From Alkalispirochaeta sp. (GTDB taxonomy: Bacteria; Spirochaetota; Spirochaetia; DSM-27196; Alkalispirochaetaceae), in assembly GCA_965601925.1 (NCBI GenBank), contig OZ271854.1, positions 3,456,001-3,520,000 on the forward strand: a DNA stretch of 64,000 nt, written 5' to 3'. The position numbers and the translations under genes were made by a program. Under the pieces are notes generated by a model. It did no database searches. It had not been told where the DNA came from and was given only the letters and a program-made list of their open reading frames with translations. Shown here in pieces: positions 59,121 to 64,000 of the stretch; position 1 is the first letter of the stretch, and the number at the start of each line of letters is the position of its first letter.

Positions 59121-59422
59121 GGCGGCGCGTTCCCGAAAGCGCGTGTTACGACTAGAGACGCGGGCGAGTCGTGGCGTCGACCGCTCATGCAGGCCCGACA
59201 TGGTCGGGCCGGAAGATCGCGGTCGCCGGACGCATGCGCGAGCAGCAATCCGTAAGGATTGCGACCAGCGCCGTCCCACTCGTCCGCCTGCGGTGCACCT
59301 CGCGCCCGATGACTCTTGGTGGATCGTGGGAGGAAACAGAAGCGAGGCGGCGCGTTCCCGAAAGCGCGTGTTACGACTAGGGGCGCGGGCGAGTCGTGCC
59401 GTCGCCCGCTCATGCAGGCCCG
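59121..59422 (+). repeat. Structured intergenic repeat: one full ~225-bp unit plus a 77-bp partial tandem copy
   Basis: GGCGGCGCGTTCCCGAAAGCGCGTGTTACGACT...CGCTCATGCAGGCCCG starts at 59121 and again at 59346. Confidence 0.9.
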
Positions 59423-59553
59423 TGCCGTTACGCGTATCGTGGCGGTGCGCCGGCGAGCGCGCCGTCGGGATGGGGCGTAGACTCCAGGTCGTACTCCCGG
59501 TCGGGCCGGTTTGTCGGAGTAACACGCTCTCCTGTACTCGCTGATAGCATTGC

Positions 59554-60471
59554 TCAATGGCATGGGGCTAGCATACTTTTGATCCCGTACCGTGTCGGTG
59601 CAATGCGTTCTTGTACCGCCTCACCGCGCGTCGCTGCCGTCATCCGCGCCACAACCGCGCCGAAACCGTCGGCGAGACGTCGGGCCATGACCGCCAGAAT
59701 AATCGGATGCGCCATGCGGTATTTCGGTGTGATTTCGAACCAGATGTTGACCGTTGATCCCGTTCCGTTCGGCTTGACTTCCCAGCCGCCCGACATCGTC
59801 TTGAACGGATAGGGGAAGCCCGGTTCATTCGCCAGAAACTCAAACTCGACTTGCCTATTCTGCTCATCGTATCGTGTGCAATGCTCGCCCCATGTCTTGC
59901 CGTCGACATCGGTGCATTGGCGGACCGCATTTACCCCCGGTTGGGCGCCGTCCCGCAAAGTAACCTGCGTTAGATTGGGAGAGTATAGGCGGATGTTCGG
60001 TAAGTCCGCGATGATCGGCCATATCGCATCGGGTGATGCGGGCGTATCCACCGTGACACACAGGGTATGCGTACCGGGTTTGTCGGGGGAGGCATACACT
60101 CTTCCGACACCTTGAAGCTGGCGCAGACCAAAAGTTAGGACGATTGCCGCGATCACCAGCAGCATGAGCATACCCGCAGTTTGCAAAGGTGCAAACGCGA
60201 GCACGATCAGCACCACCGTACCGGCAACCCATGCAAAATCGGCGATGCTGATTAATGCCGCCGCAACGGTATCGATGTGGTGCCGTGTACCCGTCCACGT
60301 CACGAAACCGGCAAATCCCAACAACCCCAAACCGATAATACGATAGACCAACGGCTCACCGGTTCCCATAAACTCGGCGACGGCACGGCTTAAGACGATG
60401 CACGTCAAACCGGATAGTGTAGAGAAAAGCGCATTGGCTAAAAGGGCTGTCCTCAATGTTCTTGTTTGCAT
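59554..60471 (-). CDS. Membrane protein (4 TM) with C-terminal SRPBCC/polyketide cyclase-like domain
   Basis: LANALFS...ADFAWV helices; IWPIIADL, GGWEV SRPBCC pattern. Confidence 0.75.
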   Translation of the reverse strand: MQTRTLRTALLANALFSTLSGLTCIVLSRAVAEFMGTGEPLVYRIIGLGLLGFAGFVTWTGTRHHIDTVAAALISIADFAWVAGTVVLIVLAFAPLQTAGMLMLLVIAAIVLTFGLRQLQGVGRVYASPDKPGTHTLCVTVDTPASPDAIWPIIADLPNIRLYSPNLTQVTLRDGAQPGVNAVRQCTDVDGKTWGEHCTRYDEQNRQVEFEFLANEPGFPYPFKTMSGGWEVKPNGTGSTVNIWFEITPKYRMAHPIILAVMARRLADGFGAVVARMTAATRGEAVQERIAPTRYGIKSMLAPCH

Positions 60472-60545
60472 AGTCGAACCTCCACGATGCTGTCTTCTTT
60501 TCAGCGTCATGCTTTCAGGTTATGCTCGTGGGGTAATGAATCCAA

Positions 60546-60560
60546 TTACCTCACGGGTAA
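60546..60560. promoter_or_regulatory. Candidate XRE/MmyB operator
   Basis: TTACC-tcacg-GGTAA between the divergent genes, 3 nt before the regulator ATG. Confidence 0.45.
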
Positions 60561-60563
60561 AAC

Positions 60564-61382
60564 ATGACGTTTCGTGAGACGTCGATTGATCAATTTGGTG
60601 ATATTCTGCGGCACTGGCGCAAAGTCAGACGCCTCAGCCAAATGGAGTTGGCACTGACAGCCACGGTATCCACACGACATTTGAGCTTTATTGAAACCGG
60701 GCGCGCACAGCCGAGTTATGATTTGGTTTTGCGTCTGGCCGAGGCGATGGGCCTTCCCCTGCGATACACCAACTCCATGCTTGTGGCAGCCGGGTATGCA
60801 CCGCGTTATACAACGTGGTCCATCGATGACGATCAAACCGGCGTGGTGCGTACGGCTCTGGAACGGATGCTGGTGCAGCATGAACCGTACCCCGCCTTGG
60901 TGACCACTCGCGATTACGACGTGATTATGGCCAACAACGGCACACGCACATTGATTTCGTGGCTGACCGATGGAGACGATCTTTTGAACCGCTTCCGCAA
61001 CAGTTACCGTTTGCTGTTCGCTCCTGATGGTCTACGGCCTTATGTGGTGAACTTTGAACGCTTGCAAGGGGTGCTTCTGAGAAGGCTGCGTGAGGAGAGC
61101 ACGAACTATCAGAGCAAAGCGTTGTTTCAGTTGTATGAAGCCTGTGCAGCAGACGTGGCCGATCTGAATCGGACGGACCAATCTGCGGCTGACCCACAGT
61201 TGCCTGTTTTGACGCTTCGCTTACGAAAGGGTGATATCGACGTGCGTTTCTTTTCCACGGTGACGACTTTCGGCACCGCCGTCGACATCACAACCCAGGA
61301 ACTTCGTATTGAGAGCCTTTTTCCCGCTGATGATGAAACCCGGACCGTAGTCTCGAACGCCATATGTGACACCCCGACGTGA
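60564..61382 (+). CDS. XRE family HTH regulator with MmyB-like ligand-binding domain
   Basis: WRKVRRLSQMELA, STRHLSFIETGRAQPS, HEPYPA, FFSTVTTFGT, ELRIESLFPAD. Confidence 0.92.
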   Translation: MTFRETSIDQFGDILRHWRKVRRLSQMELALTATVSTRHLSFIETGRAQPSYDLVLRLAEAMGLPLRYTNSMLVAAGYAPRYTTWSIDDDQTGVVRTALERMLVQHEPYPALVTTRDYDVIMANNGTRTLISWLTDGDDLLNRFRNSYRLLFAPDGLRPYVVNFERLQGVLLRRLREESTNYQSKALFQLYEACAADVADLNRTDQSAADPQLPVLTLRLRKGDIDVRFFSTVTTFGTAVDITTQELRIESLFPADDETRTVVSNAICDTPT

Positions 61383-61389
61383 GTGGGTT

Positions 61390-61686
61390 CGTTTCCGGAG
61401 GCGCGTGTTACGACTGGAAGCGCGGGCGAGTCGTGCCGTCGACCGCTCATGCAGGCCCGACATGGTCGGGCCAGAAGATCGCGGTCGTCGGACGCATGCG
61501 CGAGCAGCAATCCGTAAGGATTGCGACCAGCGCCGCCGCCACCCGCCCGCCGGTGGGAACCTCGCGCGTCCGATGGCGCTTGGTGGATCGTGGGGGAGGG
61601 AGAAAGGGGCGCGCGTAATGCGAGGACGCGCGTGTCGCAATAAGATCGCGGGCAGGTAACGTCGCCAATCGCTCATGCAGGCCCGG
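61390..61686 (+). repeat. Second locus of the structured repeat: one near-full unit plus a degenerate partial copy
   Basis: 61390-61594 aligns to ~59128-59330; core CGCTCATGCAGGCCCG at 61444 and 61670 (period 226). Confidence 0.88.
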
Positions 61687-61748
61687 CTTTGCCGGGTCCG
61701 AAACCTTTATAGGTCGAGGACCGGTTGAGGCCATGCATGGTGCGAGAA

Positions 61749-61776
61749 AAAAAGGAGCCCCGAGAGGCTCCTTTTT
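61749..61776. terminator. Intrinsic terminator for the NSS operon, probably bidirectional
   Basis: AAAAAGGAGCC-ccgaga-GGCTCCTTTTT. Confidence 0.85.
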
Positions 61777-61789
61777 CGTGTACTTACTT

Positions 61790-61891
61790 TTACATCGGGC
61801 GCTTGCGCAGTGCGATCGCAATGCATACCGCGGCGCCGCCCCACGTAATCGAGAGGCCGAGGATCATGAAGATGATTGCTCCGGTTGACAT
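61790..61891 (-). CDS. MetS-like NSS transporter small subunit (33 aa)
   Basis: MSTGAIIFMILGLSITWGGAAVCIAIALRKRPM; RBS AGGAGG; directly after the NSS gene; below the ORF-track cutoff. Confidence 0.85.
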   Translation of the reverse strand: MSTGAIIFMILGLSITWGGAAVCIAIALRKRPM

Positions 61892-61901
61892 GGTGTTCCT
61901 C

Positions 61902-63395
61902 CTATTCGCTTTGCTCGTGGACTAATAACGACTCGTCCGGCCATTTTGCCTTGGCGACGAGAAACGCCGTTGCAAGGCCCACGAGGACGACAGCCCACCC
62001 CATGACTACGACTTGTGCTGTGGTGTAACCGCCGTAATTACTGGAAAGGTCGCCGACGAGATTCAATACCGCGGTGACGCCCAAGACGATCGGAGTGACT
62101 ACCCGTATCATGAGATTCCACCATCCACCGACCGTGAAGTCCGAGATTCCGTTCGCGTGATCTCGAAGTGTGTCGAGCTTGAAAAACCACCCCAAGAGGA
62201 TGACTTCGATAAGGCCCGAGAAGACGATTCCGAAGTTGTTTATGAAGTGATCGACGATATCCAAGATGTAGAGGCCCGCACCGGTTGCAAAGATCAAGCT
62301 CACCGCCGCGGCGACCACGGTGTACCACAGTACGACCTTGCGACGCGCCGCTCCCAGTTTGTCCGATAGTGCGCGTACTACGACCTCGTTAATGGAGATA
62401 AACGATGAGAGGCCGGCGAAGGTGAGGGAGACGAAGAAGAGTACACCCACGAGCACACGCAACGTCGGTAACTGATTGATCGCCGCCGGTATCGTTGCGA
62501 AGGCCAGGAACACGCCCGACAGATTACCGGGGAGCTCGCCGCCGGCTTGGTGCATGAGGAACCCCACGATACTGAAGATGGTGATACCGGCGAGGATGCT
62601 GAACCCGCAGTTCAACAGGGCGGTCATGAACCCGTTGTTCACGATGTCGGACTTCTCAGGGAGGTAACTCGAGTAGGTGATCATGATGGCGAAGGCGATG
62701 CTGAGGGTAAAGAAGATCTGACCGTAGGCATCTACCCATACCGACGCGTCAAGTATGCGCGAGAAGTCGGGACGGAAGAGCATCTCCAGTCCACCGGCGG
62801 CGCCGGGTAGGGTGAGTCCGCGCACCATGATAATCAGAAGGAGCAGAATCAAAAGGGGCATGAAGATCTTGTTCGCCGTCTCGATCCCTCGTTTGACCCC
62901 CGCGTATTGCGCCACGAAGCTGACGAGCCACGCAATCGCAATGGTCCCGAAGATGCCCCATCGGATGCCGCCGAGTTGGAAGGGACCGTCGGTAAGGCCT
63001 AAATACTCGCCGACGAAAAAGCCGACCGGTTCATCGGCCCACGCAAGGGAGAAGGAGAAGCCGATGTAGCTGATCGCCCATCCGATAACCGCTACGTAGT
63101 AGACCGCGATAACCATCGAGATGATCGCCTGCCACCAGCCGAGCCACTCCCACTTGCTATTCAACTTGGCAAATGTGAGCGGCGCGCCGCCCTTCATGCG
63201 GTGACCGAGAGCAAACTCCATGATGATGATCGGTATGCCCGCGGTGAGCAGCGCCACGAAGTAGGGGATGAGGAACGCTCCACCACCGTTCTCGAAAGCC
63301 ATGTAAGGAAAACGCCAGATGTTTCCCAATCCGATGGCCGAGCCTACCGCCGCGAGGATAAACCCGACGCGACTGCCCCATTGTTCTCTTTGCAT
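61902..63395 (-). CDS. Sodium-dependent transporter, NSS family
   Basis: REQWGSRVGFILAAVGSAIGLGNIWRFPY, GGGAF, AYGQIFFTLS. Confidence 0.95.
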   Translation of the reverse strand: MQREQWGSRVGFILAAVGSAIGLGNIWRFPYMAFENGGGAFLIPYFVALLTAGIPIIIMEFALGHRMKGGAPLTFAKLNSKWEWLGWWQAIISMVIAVYYVAVIGWAISYIGFSFSLAWADEPVGFFVGEYLGLTDGPFQLGGIRWGIFGTIAIAWLVSFVAQYAGVKRGIETANKIFMPLLILLLLIIMVRGLTLPGAAGGLEMLFRPDFSRILDASVWVDAYGQIFFTLSIAFAIMITYSSYLPEKSDIVNNGFMTALLNCGFSILAGITIFSIVGFLMHQAGGELPGNLSGVFLAFATIPAAINQLPTLRVLVGVLFFVSLTFAGLSSFISINEVVVRALSDKLGAARRKVVLWYTVVAAAVSLIFATGAGLYILDIVDHFINNFGIVFSGLIEVILLGWFFKLDTLRDHANGISDFTVGGWWNLMIRVVTPIVLGVTAVLNLVGDLSSNYGGYTTAQVVVMGWAVVLVGLATAFLVAKAKWPDESLLVHEQSE

Positions 63396-63580
63396 CTGTC
63401 TCCTCCAGAAGTGTGTGAGTATGTATCGTTATGCGCCCACTTATGCCGTTTGTCAAATAGTTTTTCTTTTCGTGAGAAATAAGGGGAAAAACATGCATGA
63501 ACCGCATTTTATTACGCGCGAAATGTTGAAAACATCATAGCCGGCGGATTGCGTATAACGCGCTTCGAGCCTATCATAGA

Positions 63581-64000
63581 GTGGTGAGCGTTACGCGTCG
63601 TTTTGCAGGGAACTTCCGCGCTTTGTGGGACGGGAGCCGCGTACCGTCGCAATACGCGGAGCTCGAGCGGCCGCTCCTCCTCCATTGTAGCGACACCCCC
63701 AGCTCACTGTACCGCCACCTGCGCGCGTTGATCCGCCGTATGGAGCCCGACTATGTGATTCACACCGGCGACGTGGCGGACGAGATTAAGCTTGAGTTTT
63801 GTCCCGGCGAGCTCTCTCATTATACAAAGACGGTGCGAAAGCTCTTTATCTCCCTTGAGGAGCTCTCTCATCGGCGACTCTTCGTCGTGCCCGGTAACCA
63901 CGACGACGCGGAGGTCCTCGATGCCGTCGGCGGTCGGACGACCATCGTCGCCGAGGGAACGGTGCTCGACATCGAAGGGGTGCGTATCGGCGTGTCGCAC
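63581..64000 (+). CDS. Calcineurin-like metallophosphoesterase (partial, runs off the window)
   Basis: Plus-strand frame reads LLHCSDTP, VIHTGDVAD, VPGNHD, GVSH. Confidence 0.8.
   Translation, partial: MVSVTRRFAGNFRALWDGSRVPSQYAELERPLLLHCSDTPSSLYRHLRALIRRMEPDYVIHTGDVADEIKLEFCPGELSHYTKTVRKLFISLEELSHRRLFVVPGNHDDAEVLDAVGGRTTIVAEGTVLDIEGVRIGVSH

Noticed and set aside
59121..61686. Repeats as a CRISPR array or integron attC array
   Set aside because: Units are ~225 bp with no unique spacers of regular length; no cas or intI gene; no clear attC RYYYAAC/GTTRRRY ends
63704..64000. Minus-strand 98-aa ORF at the window end
   Set aside because: The plus-strand frame carries clear metallophosphoesterase motifs (SD, GD, GNHD)

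Overview
High-GC bacterial chromosomal window, most consistent with a free-living anaerobic spirochaete (inferred from the gene families only). Left to right it contains: tRNA-Val(CAC); a non-canonical GTP-derived pterin/flavin-like cluster (ribA, RibD-reductase-only, MDR dehydrogenase, atypical PTPS, GT4); a methyltransferase; a single-ORF GcvT-GcvP fusion under a tandem glycine riboswitch; a deoxynucleoside kinase; an Omp85 protein; a lower-GC lipoprotein islet bounded by 35-bp direct repeats; a 1764-aa barrel/12x Ig-repeat/OmpA envelope protein; clpB; argH; a BMP-type nucleoside ABC transporter and an FGGY kinase. A 14.5-kb arginine/ornithine catabolic locus follows: arcA-arcB facing ord-ortA-ortB-oraS-oraE-reactivase-orr, plus a decayed arcC and a TrmB regulator. 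Both operons carry the same palindrome ATTACTA-N6-TAGT(A/G)AT over their predicted transcription starts, and the ornithine racemase is fused to an arginase-like domain lacking its metal ligands. The right end holds flavodoxin, a CDF transporter, a 5'-nucleotidase, ilvE, a receiver/PEP-synthase-like protein, Lrp, gdhA, a two-gene cassette bracketed by structured ~225-bp repeats, and an NSS transporter with a MetS-like small subunit. No CRISPR array, rRNA, transposase or integrase was seen. All calls come from reading motifs by eye; no database searches were run and GC differences are visual estimates.
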